64,000 nt of DNA from Octopus vulgaris. Its lineage: Eukaryota. A program made the position numbers and the translations under genes. The first letter of the stretch is position 1, and each line of letters begins with the position of its first letter. Positions 13,512-27,447 of the stretch are shown here, piece by piece. The stretch lies in NCBI GenBank assembly GCA_951406725.2, contig OX597822.1, forward strand, positions 15,686,001 through 15,750,000, given 5' to 3'. The notes under the pieces are model-generated. The model was not told where the DNA came from. It ran no database searches and was given only the letters and a program-made list of their open reading frames with translations.

Positions 13512-13881
13512 TATTTGTTTCAGTCATTTGACTGCGGCCATGCTGGAGCACTGCTTTTAGTCGAAGAAATCGACCCAAAGCTTATTCTTTTTTAAGCCTA
13601 GCACTATCGGTCTCTTTTCCGAACCGCTAAGTTACGGGGACGTAAACACACCAGCATCAGGTAGTCAAGCGATGTTGGGGGTCAAACACACACACACACA
13701 CTCACACACACACATATATACGACGGGCTTCTTTCAGTTTCCGTCTGCCAAATCCACTCACAAGGCTTTGGTCGACCCGAGGCTATAGTAGAAGACACTT
13801 GCCCAAGGTGCCACGCAAAGGGAATGAACCCGGAACCATGTGGTTGGTAAGCAGCCTACTTAACACACAGCCACTCCTGCG
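13512..13881 (-). mobile_element. tRNA-derived SINE, family B, with internal (TG)n
   Basis: Minus-strand head GCAGGAGTGGCTGTGTG...GGTTCCGGGTTCA...CGTGGCACCTTGGGCAAGTGTCTTCTACTATAGCCTCGGG, internal microsatellite, tail CAGTCAAATGACTGAAACAA. Homologues at 21880 and 27889/29410. Confidence 0.9.
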
Positions 13882-13912
13882 TCTGTAGACTATTTGTAAA
13901 TATATCCAGTTG

Positions 13913-14348
13913 GGATCTTTTCGGTTTGAACTGCAGTTTTTAACATAATTTCTAGGTATCTAAAAAAAATTTAAACTTCGTATACTGGTAGAATGTGTTT
14001 ATAAAACATCTTTTTCTCTTGGCTTTATTGAGAAAATTCTATAGTTTGTAAGATATTTGTTGTTTTTTCTTCAATTGCTGCAATTTCAACCAATCAGTGA
14101 CGTCTATTGAGTTAAAAAGCATTCTGCGCCGTATGAATATGTCCCTCATTTAAGAAACATATTGGGTTTATTTACATTTGTGAAGAAAAAAAGATACCCT
14201 TCCGCCACCCCTAACCCTAACTAACCATAACTAACCCTAACCCTAAAAGAAATTGAAATGCAATAGATCGATTCTAGGGTCATAATTATGGGTGACAATT
14301 TCATATGACACCGCTAGAAAAAAACTGCCGTTCAAACCGAAAAGATCC
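13913..14348. mobile_element. Non-autonomous DNA transposon (MITE) with about 29-bp TIRs and 8-bp TSD
   Basis: Left GGATCTTTTCGGTTTGAACTGCAGTTTTT and right AAAAACTGCCGTTCAAACCGAAAAGATCC. TSD TCCAGTTG at 13905-13912 and 14349-14356. Confidence 0.93.
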
Positions 14349-14746
14349 TCCAGTTGTTCTCTTTATACACATGACTAATGAGATTCTCTTCGTATGTTTA
14401 ACAGTTTTTTAACCACTCCTTTGATTACTACATCCCTACCATGCCACTGACGTCGACGATCACGTATAGTAAGTTACTATTTAATGGATACGATTATTAG
14501 GACATAGCTTTAATGGCTAAACAAATATATATATTGCATGCTTTACGGCATCGTGACTACACCATAGCTATTTATATTCGCTGCAGAGTACGCTGGAGAA
14601 TGTAACATAAATTTAAAATTACCGCATTTGATAACTAGAAATGTTTAGCCAACATTGTATGCAGCGACGTGAGTGATCTTCATGTCTACAGACAGTCAGT
14701 TTTTTTTTTTTTACGGACAGTGAAAGACGATGCTATTATACATACA

Positions 14747-14793
<47 letters not shown>

Positions 14794-16408
14794 CGCATGT
14801 TTGAACTCATCTTCGTCAGATGTGCGCCTTTGCTATATACGAAGGCAACGCTAATATACCCAATGCGTGGCAAAATCGACCTGGATAGAGCAATTTGCAT
14901 ACGTGCCATTTTCTTCATATATATTGACTGAATCTTTACATCAGTCATTATATAAACGCTTGGCCATAGTTTTATAGATGAGTTCTATAGTATACTGTAG
15001 TGTGAAAGGAAACAGTTTTATACCTAATAAGGTAAAACTGGAATAAGCCGCAAAACTTGGTGACGCGTTCTTTCCTATATATGGTTTTGCCTCCCACCTC
15101 TGCTCTCTGTGTGTCTCTCTCTGCCTTCTACCCCGCCCCACTACCGACTCGTCATCGTCTTCTGTTTTTCCTTTTCCCGCCACCGGTAGCATTTTCTCTC
15201 GCCTCCTACTCTCATCACGCTTCGCAGTCCCTCTGTTAACCCTTTTGGCTATTTTCCCAGGCATTACCCATGTTTTTGTCTCCTGTCTAAGGCCGTATTC
15301 TGTTTATTTATTTCTCTTTGTTCGTACTTTTGTTTTCGTCTTTGTTACTCGACTCTCCACTAAATGTATTTGCTTCAATTACATGAATCTCATATTTCCA
15401 TGTTCACTCTCTGTATTGCATAGTGGTTTATTTCTTGTTTGTTTCTTCATTCATTATCATGTTTGTTTCCTTGTTCGTTGGGTTGCTATTTCACAGCGGC
15501 CTCTTAACTCCGGCCCCACCAGAGGGAACAGTTTTATCGCTGAAGCCACGAAATTGCGTTTGAGCTTCTGGCAGATAACGAATGAAGATTTGGTGACCTC
15601 CGTATGTTTCCCATTTAACTGTGCATCTACTTTTTGACTCATATATATATATATATATATATTCTTTATAATCATGGAGTCATAAAAAATCACCACACAT
15701 TAGAAATTGTTTTATACAAAATATTTCATAAGCAAATTCACCACCACCACCACCACCACATATATTTTCCTTTTTTTTCTAGTCAGACATTCTTTGAAAT
15801 AGATATACCATTATTCACAATCAGCACCCCATAACACACGCATTATATTTTTTCTCCCATAATCATGATCAATACCTAAATTGACACACTACATCAACTA
15901 ACCACCAACTCACCGCTGCATACACATATTTTTTTGAAGATATGTCAAATACTAATGAACAACAACTTCACACACGGACACACATTAACACACACACACA
16001 CATACGTACACAGGTATTTGTTCAAGCAATTCAATAAAAATATGTCCTCATAACACTCTCCTCACTCACAAATCAGTCATGCAAAGCCCTATTTATTAGA
16101 AATACAGCTAAATAGATCACACATTTAATAGCTTTTAGACATAAACTTTTTCCAAACATTTTCATTCAAAACATTTAATTAATAATCCTTACAAATACTC
16201 ACCCATACACACGAGTGAAATATAAATTACTTAAATGAAAATTATAAACAAAAACACATAAACACGCAAATAATTCAAAATGCCACACCAACTCTCCTAC
16301 TCGCCAACACATAAACAAATTATTAACACAACACAGATAAAACACGACCCGACCAAGGAAAAAAACTAATGAACATATAGAAGTATATATATATATATAT
16401 ATGTATAT

Positions 16409-16448
<40 letters not shown>

Positions 16449-17115
16449 ATGCACCACCAAACAGGGACCTCGGAAGAATCTTTTTCTGTCTGACTGCACC
16501 GATGGAAATATTAAAGTTTGAAATTTTAAAATTTGTTTTATTGATATAATTTTTAAAGCTGAATCGCAGTAAATAAGATCTTCATGACTGTTATTCTTCT
16601 CAACCTCCAATCCTTCAAACACATCGAATACTGTTTTCCGCTATGGTCCTCCCAACAAAAAGCACATATAAACGTACACACACACAGAGTTATGTTAATA
16701 TTTAGCAGATTGAATGTTGAAGTCTTTGTTGATCTCCTTATTTGGATTTGAAATAAAGCCTTGCCATCAATCACCAAGTTCGATACGAGAGACAATAAAT
16801 TTAATGCTGTAAAAATTTCATTTCAACATTGAGTTGGGTGATCTGTTGCAATTGTTGAGCGTCTTCCCAGAAAATCGTTTCGATTATTTCGTGTCAAAAT
16901 CGTTATAGATCTAGTGTGACTTTGAAGCTACATCTTTCAAGTGAAATACACCTTCAAAGATTAAGATTTCAAAATAAAAATCTACAAAAATATATATTGA
17001 AAATAGCAAAGAATATTGATTTATACGAAAAGTGTTTATTAAATATATGACATTAAGTCATTGTGGAGGGTACTTATGTATGAGTGTGTGTGTGCGTGCG
17101 TATACACACACACAC

Positions 17116-17174
<59 letters not shown>

Positions 17175-17570
17175 CATACATATATATATGTATGTATGAG
17201 AGAGAGAGAAAGATAATTTAGATATCCTCGATATGTTTCGGTCAAACTTTGGGCTAGGTCATGCCTAACATAATAGCGCCACCTGGTAGGAACTGTAAAG
17301 TAAATTTTAAGCAAATCCTTGAAGTACCATGGTCCATTTGAGTAGGGAGATGTTGACTGAGATGTATCCAGGTAGAGCTGGCTTATCCGGTGTCCCTTGA
17401 AGAAATTTGCCCAACTTTACTTTCAAGCTGATTTGGTTTGGGATACTGTTAAAGGGAGTAGGGGTTGTTGAGAAATTGAGCTGCAGGGAACTTATCTATT
17501 GTAAGCCCAAAAGCCTGAATTGCATGGGGTTGGGGTGGGGGTGGGGGTCAATGACACGTGGCCTACGTCT

Positions 17571-18830
17571 TAAGGTCATCTCATAAATAATGTGTTTTTT
17601 ATCAATTGCAAGAACTAAAAGTCAGAGGGGGAACGGAATAAATTACTTGCATCAACTTGCTATAAAAGCAGGTAGTAATTTCACCTAGCACTTAATCTTA
17701 GTGCAAGTTTTGAAGAGTGCAGTTCAATTTTATGTGTTATGTGTTTTAGGCTATAATGAAAGTGACAAAGAAACATATTCCGTATATTTTGCTTCATGAG
17801 TTCAATAAAGGCAACAACACAACAGAAAGTGCAAGGAATATTAGTGGAGTATATGGGGATCGGACAATAAGCGTAAGCCAGTGTCAATAGTGTTCCAGAA
17901 ATTCCGACCCGGAAACTACAGCCTAGAAGACGATCCTCGGAAGATCTGTAGCGCTCGAAGAGAACGTCCTTCAAACACTGGTGGAACAAAATATCATCGT
18001 AACTATTGAGAAACTAGCAGTGAAGCTTGGATTTGATCATTCAACCATTCAGCGACACCTGCGTGCCATCTGAAAAGTCAGCAAATTGGGTTAATAGGCT
18101 CCTCACACACTTTCCGAGTTTAATCGGGCGCAGAGAGTGAATGTGTGCTCTTCTTTGCCGTCACGTCTCACGAATGAACCTCTTTTTGGACCTAATGGTA
18201 ACTGGTGACGAGGAATGCGTTCTCTACAAAAATGTCACGCGCCGAAGACAGTGAGTTGGGAATGAGAAATAGCTGCACCAGAGGCTAAAGAAGGTCTTCA
18301 CCCACGTAAGGTGTTATTATGTGTTTGGTGGGATATGAAAGGTTTAGTCCACTTTGAACTTTTAAACCCAAGGCAAACGATAACAAAGGAGATCTAATGC
18401 GAGCAGCTTGACCGGCTTAAGTCAGCGGTAGAAGAAAACGACAATTTTTGGTTTCGAAGACGAAAGGTGTTCTTACATCAGGATAATACTCGGCCATATA
18501 CAGCGAGGATGATATTCCAAAGGCTGGAGCATTTTGAATGGGAAACAATGCCTCACCCACACTGTCCCATCTGATTATCATTTATTCCGCAGTCTTTAAA
18601 ATTATTTAGACGGAAAAAATATGAATTCTGTAGACGAGATCAGAACAGTACTGGAGGAGCATTTTTCGTCACGGACCAGTGAATTTTGGAAAAGGGACCA
18701 TGCAAGTATACCGGGTAGATGGAAGAGCATTGTAGAAAATGAAGGAGAGTATATTTTAAATTAAAAAAGAACTTTATCTTAATTTTGAAAATAAAAGAAG
18801 TATAAGAAACCGCATTATTTATATATATTA
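17571..18830 (+). mobile_element. Mariner transposon with disrupted transposase (about 17756-18760)
   Basis: Translated motifs ILLHEFNKG, VTGDEECVLY, GLHPRKVLLCVWWD, HQDNTRP, PSDYHLFRSL with stops and frameshifts. TIR remnants ATAAATAATGTGTTTTTT (about 17584) and AAGAAACCGCATTATTTAT (about 18804). Confidence 0.92.
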
Positions 18831-19569
18831 TTTATAATATATTGTTGATTTGAAGGCGGCCTACGACTTTCTGTTTGGAAAATAGTTTTTTAACCCGATA
18901 TATTAGTGACATTATTTTTAGCTGTATGTGACGTGACTCGAGAGTCGATATTGCAAGAAATAATCATACGCAGATATAAATGTTTATGTGTAAGTGTGCA
19001 TATGTGTGTGTGTGTAATATATACATGAATGTATGTCACAATGTTCGAGGTGAAGAATAAGAATGTTCAATTATGAAAGACCTTTCGAAACAGAGGCTAT
19101 CGGACATATGTTGCGTTGGATACCCAAAGATATCTATAAATACGTTCCTTTCCACAGTCAAATATCTCTAATAATATTAGTATTGCGCGTGTGTAATCTC
19201 ACATGGGCAGATGCGTTTCCGGCCGCATACAACACACACACACACGTGTATATTAAACTTAGTATCCATTAACAATCGCAGACATAAATGACAATACATT
19301 CAATATATAGAAATAGGAATACGTGTCCACAGAATGTGTCACAGAAAATTAAGAAAAGAGAACAAAACATCAGTCAGAGACGAGAAAATGTGTGGGTAGT
19401 ATTATGGGAAAATCAGTAAGTAGAATGCGTAATTAGAAAGTAAATATTTTTAATTAGATATTTGGTGTCTACTTATATAGATTCATTCTTTGATAGTGCA
19501 AATGGTAATTAACAGATGTACCGCTTGAATTAGTATGTTGGTAGTGTGTTATTTTCTATAAAACTATTT

Positions 19570-19669
19570 CATGTACACACATACGTGAAAACACATATGC
19601 CACAGATGCAATAGCACACATACACACACTCGCTCGCACACACACACACACACACACATATCCATACGC

Positions 19670-19733
<64 letters not shown>

Positions 19734-19852
19734 ATGAGTGTGTGTGTGTGTGCGTGTGTGTTTGTATAGATAACATATACAGACAGCATGGAAACAACAC
19801 TCGAACTGAAACTAGTAAAAGAATATATATATATATATGCGCGTGGCGTATA

Positions 19853-19908
<56 letters not shown>

Positions 19909-19920
19909 CGTGTGTGCGTA

Positions 19921-20015
<95 letters not shown>

Positions 20016-20350
20016 TAGTTGAATGTTAGTATTATATATTCGCATGTGTGAGTAGACATGTCTATATGTGCGAAATAGAGTTAGATTTGGCAGGCAACGA
20101 TTTGTGTTCTAAGTGAAAACGACACGAACTATATGCTTATATATCAATATAGAATGATATATGTATCTGTTAATTCCTCTTCATGTCTTTCTCATTCATT
20201 CTCCCTATGTAACTGTGTGTATATATGTCCATATGTATACTGTCACACGCATACAAACATATACTTACAAATACACACACACACACACATATATTTATAT
20301 ATATATATATATGTATATCTCTATATATATATATATGTGTATGTATGTAT
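19570..20350. repeat. (CA)n/(TA)n/(TG)n microsatellite field
   Basis: Seen directly. Confidence 0.93.
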
Positions 20351-21803
20351 ATTCAATTTATGGTGTCGTCATTGAATATGTTTGTAATTTCCTCCTGCGA
20401 AACTGTATTATGTATACTAATTACAAATTATTTTGTCTCGTAGTAATTAGATCTAGCGTCATGCTTAGTCGACATCGCGCATATTTCATGATTCTTGCAA
20501 CCGGCGTCCTGGCGTCATCATATGACCTACATTAACACATTTGAGTACAACTGACATAGCAATTTCATCCGTTCAATGCAAGAGTGCATCAAAAGATGTG
20601 AAGGCTTACAGACAATAATTACCGAGACACAATTCTGGCCATTTTTTCCTTTACAAGTATTGGTTTACTGATTCTTGAGTTAATATAAACTTTCCAAGTA
20701 GTCAAACGAATAGTCTTTCCCATTATTTTACCAAATGTTTTATTTTTATCATTTGCTCACTGGTCTATCCAATAACTCCTTCAAGCATAAAGTGCTGTGT
20801 TTTCACCGCTTTGCTGTTTTAAAATATAACAAACATAACATATTTAAATATAGCCATAAATTTAATCGTTTAAATAAAAACCAATGCTATAATAATACAT
20901 ACAAGTGTTTACTGTTGCAGTTACTAATCAAAGTCGATTGGCTGCCAGAAGTAAATGTGTAGATTTAGTCCTTTTATAGACTATTACAAACACTGTGCCG
21001 TGTCATGTAAATCACCCATTCATTTAACACTCGAAGTTAGAAATAAACGAGCTCCCGTTGCACAGGAGTTAGTTCGTGTTTCGTTTCCTACTTCCACATA
21101 GAATGAGCTCGAAGAGGAATGCGTTACACGAAGTTTATTTCAGGCGTTGTTTCATACACAGAATTAAGTTATAGACTATTGCGTTTTATAAAGACAAATA
21201 AAATTTCTTTTCACTACAATAACGAAAAGTTTAAGCAGACAAAACTATGCGTGTGTTTGAGAATTTAGACCAATTTACAATTTTCTGTGGAATATACCGA
21301 GGCCCTTTGGCATACACCCAGATACATTCGTGTGTGTGTGTGTGTGTGTGTGTGTGAGTGTGTGCGTGAGTGTGCGTGTGTGAGTGTGTGAGTGTGTGTG
21401 TGCGTGTGTGTGTGTACATATACATTCACCCACAGTAGAAACAATTGAAATCAGTTTACAGCATGGAATTTATAGATCGTGAGGGGAAACTTTGTAGGGT
21501 ATAAAGAGCTGTATAAATAAAGATAAGGTAAAGAATACATGATGGTAGATAGAGGTTAGATCACATTACAAGTGATAGCCATATATAAAATAAGAGTCAA
21601 GAGAGAACTGACTCTTAATACAAAGAATAGGGAATGCACGCGCATATACATAATGCTAGATGGGGGAGATACCGGTAGATAGGATGCGATTCCGATCAGC
21701 TGACCATTTAAAGCTACAAAACGAAATTCAACTTAATGATACGCCTCATTAACTTACCCAGATTTCATGATATCGCTTCATATCTTGTGTATGCTTAACT
21801 CTT

Positions 21804-21841
<38 letters not shown>

Positions 21842-21879
21842 GGTCTCTCTCTATTACATATGTGTGTGTGTGTGTGTGT

Positions 21880-22060
21880 GATTAGAAGATCGGTTACCAG
21901 TCACATGGTTTCGGGTTCAGACTCACTGTGTGGCACCTTAGACGAGTGTCTTCTACTACTACTATAGCTTCGGGCTGATCACAGATATGTGAGTGGATTT
22001 AGTAAATGGAAATGGAAACTGAAGTCCATCATCTGTATATATATATATGAATATGAATAA

Positions 22061-22151
<91 letters not shown>

Positions 22152-22470
22152 TCAGATAGATAGACAGACAGATAGACAGTTAGATAGATAGAGAGATAGA
22201 TAGACACATAGATAGATAGATAGATTTACATATACATACGTATACATACATATATAAATATATAAATGCATCTATGTATGTACGTATGCATGTATATGCA
22301 CCAGTGTTGGTGTGTTTAAATTACCATATTTTAGCGGTTTCTCAAAAGAATAGTATAGAATAACTTCTCGGCTTCAAAACAATAAGTGGATTTGTTGGAC
22401 GAAAACTTTCCAAAGCAAGGCCCCAGCTAGGCCGCTGTTTAATGACTGAAAGATGTAAAAGATAAAAAAC
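21880..22470 (+). mobile_element. Diverged family B SINE with expanded internal (TA)n/(GATA)n
   Basis: 5' part CACATGGTTTCGGGTTCAG...GTGGCACCTT...GAGTGGATTT and 3' part ACCAGTGTTGGTGTGTTTA...AATGACTGAAAGATGTAAAAGATAAAA match 13512-13881. Confidence 0.8.
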
Positions 22471-24792
22471 AGATACTTACTCATAGAAAGGGGATAGCAA
22501 ACTGATGAAAAAATCAAGAATGGATATCAAATTTACATGTAATGCATTAAAACTGCATCGGTAGAAAAACATGTTTTCGTTTCAGACTTTTGTTGCAGTG
22601 TTTCATAACATTAATAATAAAAATCTGTATAGAAGGCAAAGTACTCTGCTAAACATCATTGATTTTAATTGTATACAACAGTTTAGCAGTTTCTGTAATT
22701 AACAATTTTGCTTAATATAAAATATAGAATTTCATTTTCTTGTCACTACCCCTACCGTTTCTTCTACATAGAATAAAAACATATTCAATTCCGATAGCTT
22801 GTTTTGATGATGCAATGAGCAGAGATATACAATTACATATGAAACTAGATATTGTCACACTTGCCTTTCTTATAATTTAAAGATGTGTGCCTCGGAGATA
22901 TTTTGCTTCAACATAATCTGAATGCATCTCATTTACATTTTGATTAATAACTTTGCGGGAGTTTTAAAAAATGTAAAGCAATTTACAAATTCATGAAAAC
23001 AGAAATTGGTTTTGCACATCGAAAAACGATTTTTCATTGCAAATTCAGGATTCAGCTCGAAACTTTATTGAGTTCCTGCCTTCAATGTAATTTAGAGATT
23101 TGTTTGATATTTCTTAAATAAGTCAGAGATTTGTGTCCATCAAAGTAGACAAATGATATGATTTTTCACATGTAAAGCCCGAGTCTCCGGCTGCTACTAC
23201 AAGATACATTCTGAAAAAATAACATTTCCGAATAAACAGTAAGAAACTATTTCAAGCTATTAGGATATGTAACACTTCAAAGTATTTCTTTTGTGCCACT
23301 ATGATGTATAACTGTGTTGAACGCTGCACAACACTTTCGTGTGAAATGCTGCGACAGTTTATGAAAATGCGTTTCTCTTTGTTGCTTTTCTGTACCTAAC
23401 GATAGCAATATTATACAGTGTACAGATTTTATCAGAAATGTTTTCCTGTAAAAATGCTTCCCGTGAAACACTAAGAAAGTTTATGAAGCCGTAAATCTTA
23501 TACGTAGATGTTACCTTTCAATAATTACTGACAGAAACACTATGCTGTATTACTAAAAATTCTTCCAACTTACAAAAACAATCTTAATTTTATTGAGAAT
23601 TTTCCAAATATTTAAAGTTATTTCCGTTCTGTCATAATCTGATCTGATGTTTCCCTACTGCCGCAAACCGGATTAGAGGTAAACATAAATATCAGCAATA
23701 TTTCAAGATTAATAACATGATTGATAATTTGATAATGGTACTTATTGATATATCATACAACAAACCGGTCATATATATTGGCTCCTACACCGGGAATTAA
23801 ATTCAATCTTCGAAAGGAAAATGTAATACAGTGTGTAACGGTCACGTAGTAGAACTGAAGCTATTCGTGGAAAATTGTCAGGAAGAGACACACGTATTGC
23901 TAATACTTAAATACTTAAGAATGTTATGTCTTAACTTAGAACATCGTCAGATTAGGTTCGTATAATCCACGGAATATAACTTATAAATAAACAAACTACA
24001 CAGACGATGAATTAAGAACATTATAGAATGAAGCGAAGTGAATATAAAGAAACAACTAAAGCGGATTTGGCAATATATAAAATATAAATTCAATTTCGTA
24101 TCCAATTATTGCACTTTATCCGGCAAGTGTACAATAATTTACTCCCGTCTATTCATTTGAAATGAGACAAACGAAGTCATTCAGTGGCAAGTAAAGTTGA
24201 AGTTGTCGTTTATTTGGGGAGCAAAATATAATATCTTTACGTGCATAAAACTGAGTTACTCATGAATATTTGTACAGATTGGAATATTAATAAAATACCA
24301 TTACTAATAACAGCAAATTAATGTTTATACTTTGCACACGAACACGCACACACATACATAAATATATACATACATGCATGCATACATACATGCATGCATA
24401 CATACATACATACATACATACATACATACATACTTACATACATACATGGTGGCTGCCCCCTCGTTATCGAGTATGGCCATTGCACGAAGCTTAATCAATG
24501 TTGTTATCGTGCAATGCCTGTGAAAGAAGTTTTTTTTAAAGTGAGGAAAGGCTGTGCACTGAGTCAATCCCACTCACTAAGCAACAGCAGCCATAATCCG
24601 AAAAGAAGAACAAGTCAACATCATCGGTAACCACTGAGCCGTAGGTTTTATGTCGAAGTTATCCCAGTTACCTGAGTTACCTGCTCTTAGAAGGGTGCCC
24701 TAACAAAGGCTGGGAGCCCTTCACTCCCAATGGTTTAACCGTGCGATCGGGTATTCAGTCCGATTATTTGGATGTCCGATTGTTTCTATACA

Positions 24793-25174
24793 TTGTTGGC
24801 ACTCCGTCGGTTACGACGACGAAGATTACAGTTGATCTGATCAACGAACAGCCTGCTCGTGAAATTAACGTGCAAGTGGCTGAGCACCCCACAGACATGT
24901 GCACCCTCAACGTAGTTCTCAGGGAGATTCAGCGTGACAGAGAGTGTGACTAGGCTGGTACTTTGAAATACAGATACAACAGAAACAGGAAGCAAGGGTG
25001 AGAGAAAGTTGTGGTGAAAGAGTACAGCAGGGTTCGCCACCACCCCCTGCCGGAGCCTCGTGGAGCTTTAGGTGTTTTCGCTCAATAAACACTCATAACG
25101 CCCGGTCTGGGAATCGAAACCGTGATCCTACAACCGAAGCTTCGCTGCTCTAACCACTGGGCCATTGCATCTCC
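24793..25174 (-). mobile_element. tRNA-derived SINE, family C
   Basis: Minus strand GGAGATGCAATGGCCCAGTGGTTAGAGC...GGTTTCGATTCCC. Body homologous to 3713-4038. Confidence 0.85.
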
Positions 25175-26671
25175 ACAACATCCATCCATCCATCCATCCA
25201 TCCATCCATCCATCCATCCATCCATCCATCCATCCATCCATGCATACATACATACATACACAAATACATACATACATAAAAAGCTACCCTGTTGTTGATG
25301 TTGAAATTCCAATGACGGTGCCTTGGATCTAGGTTAGAAACCGGTCGTTTCTCTATTGGCAAGAAATCTTGAAATAAACTGAATAATGACATACATACAT
25401 ATATGTATGTGTATGAATTCAGATGAAATCTATGATTCATGCATATCTGATATCTCCTATACCCCGATACATCTAACAGACCGGCGCATGTTTAGTGAAG
25501 GGAGAAAAAAAAAACAATTATATGAAATAAAAAGATTCCCTATTCGGTTCTACAAGCATGTTATTTTGAATGGTGTCTTACAGTAGATTAAATCGACCCA
25601 ACAAGGATGATGTTGATTTTTTCATGCGTGTGTATGAGAGAGAGAGAGTGAGATAAAGACTGATAAGGGGAGAGTGAGAGAGACTGACAGAGAGACAGAG
25701 AGTAAGTGGGAGAGGGGAGAGACTGTCCTATGTAATTATTTTATACATATTTCTGTGCAGGAGTGAAAAGTTGATAGTGTTATAATTAAGGGTTTATAAC
25801 ACACTAAAATTGTGAGATTAAGTACTAATGGACCCACAATAATATTTGTCCCTTTTTTCATGATTGCTAACTCATAGAAATTGATAGGTTACAACCAATA
25901 AGAATAACTATAAATAGCAAATTATTTAATTTATATTTCCTTTCAACAGGAAATTATCTGCTTCCTTTCTACTTGTAGGAACTATTTGGTTTGTCTATTT
26001 CAAGAGGCAGAGTCTATTTTAATAGAATTATTCATTATGAATAACAGACTTTATCTTCGCAATACAAACTCTCACTTCATACAATCATAAATAAATATTT
26101 ATAAACTTCCCATTGTTATGATATCAATAGTTGCTCATTTAATACAATCCAGGGAATGCTTTCCAAAATTTGTAAAAATTATATTTTCCGTAATCTGTAT
26201 CGATATGGAGGTCTTCCACCGAAATAGCAAGTTCCTTATGGATTGGTAAATGAAGAATATGTTCATTCCATACACGGTGTCTAGAAGTATCCTCGCTTTT
26301 ATCATATTCAACAAAAGTGGAAGATATCATGGCAAAACAAGACACTTAAAAGACGTTACAGAAATCTATTCAAGTGGAATGAACCATTATTTGGGGTCTC
26401 AAGATGGAGGATTGATGCGCTTCCTTCTGAAACGCGACCATTTGCTAATGGCATTCAAGCCGATGCCATATTCAGTTCTACAGACATGTTATTTTGAGTG
26501 GACTCTTCCAGTAGAAAACATCGACCCTACGAACTTGGTACTTATTAGTTTTGTCTCTGAAGAATCGGAATTAATATACACCAGCACTTTTTGAAATGAA
26601 AAGGATTAAAATTAAAAACTACAAGGTTTCTTACTATCACGTGATAGGATCTACCATTCCACCTTTTACGT

Positions 26672-26856
26672 CAGTGGTTCTCAACCATTTCTTTTCACCT
26701 ATGGACCCCTTTGATTCCCATTATACTAGGGTGGACCCTTTTGTAGACATTCGATGTTTATAAATAAATAAAATTAAAAAATTGTATTAGAATTATTATC
26801 ATATTTTGTGTATTGTCCCAAAGCGGTCATATGGAGCGCGGTTGAGAAGCACCACT
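26672..26856. mobile_element. hAT (Charlie/Buster-type) MITE
   Basis: Ends CAGTGGTTCTCAACC and GGTTGAGAAGCACCACT with internal GGACCC motifs. TSD not clear. Confidence 0.7.
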
Positions 26857-27447
26857 TTACATCAAAATTACAATTGCATCATTTGACATAAGAATGCACG
26901 TGTCAACAGCTTTCTTCTTGTTTCCAGTAAGTTTTGAGAAGCAACGATCGAACACTAGAGATTTATACTTACAATATAGAGGAGGACAGCGTTAAGCCGT
27001 GATGTGTGTGAATGCAAACATGTGACTAGTTGAAATATATATTCGAATCCGAAAGCAAGTCATTCACTGTATTTTGTCATTAAAAAAATTCTCGCTATAG
27101 GGAAACAGCGAGAATTCACAGCTCTCCGTAACCAGACAGTGGGATGCATGCATTTCTGAGTGGTTATCTCTTCTCCAGCTACAGACACCCGAAAGAGGGA
27201 CGTTGCTAACTGACACGAGTCATGGTTCAATGACTGGGTGTGCTATTCAACAGTTCATCGTAAATAAAATACGGGTTGACAGTTCTAAGCAATGATGCGC
27301 ATAAATACAAACTGAAGTTCGAATATGGTGACGTGTCTATTTATGTTATATTTATATGATAAAGTTTTATTCGTCTTTCCTGTATTCATCTCCCAAGCAA
27401 CCTTGAGTCATTTCTCTTGACTGAATTTCATTTAAATTACCATAAAC

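Noticed and set aside
14205-14250. Telomere or chromosome-fusion relic
   Set aside because: Only a few degenerate units, and they lie inside a TIR/TSD-bounded MITE.
25935-26600. Possible host exon (TTTCCTTTCAACAG acceptor; ORFs 26139-26345 and 26250-26594)
   Set aside because: No recognisable domain or matching donor. A single acceptor-like motif is expected by chance, so transcript data would be needed.
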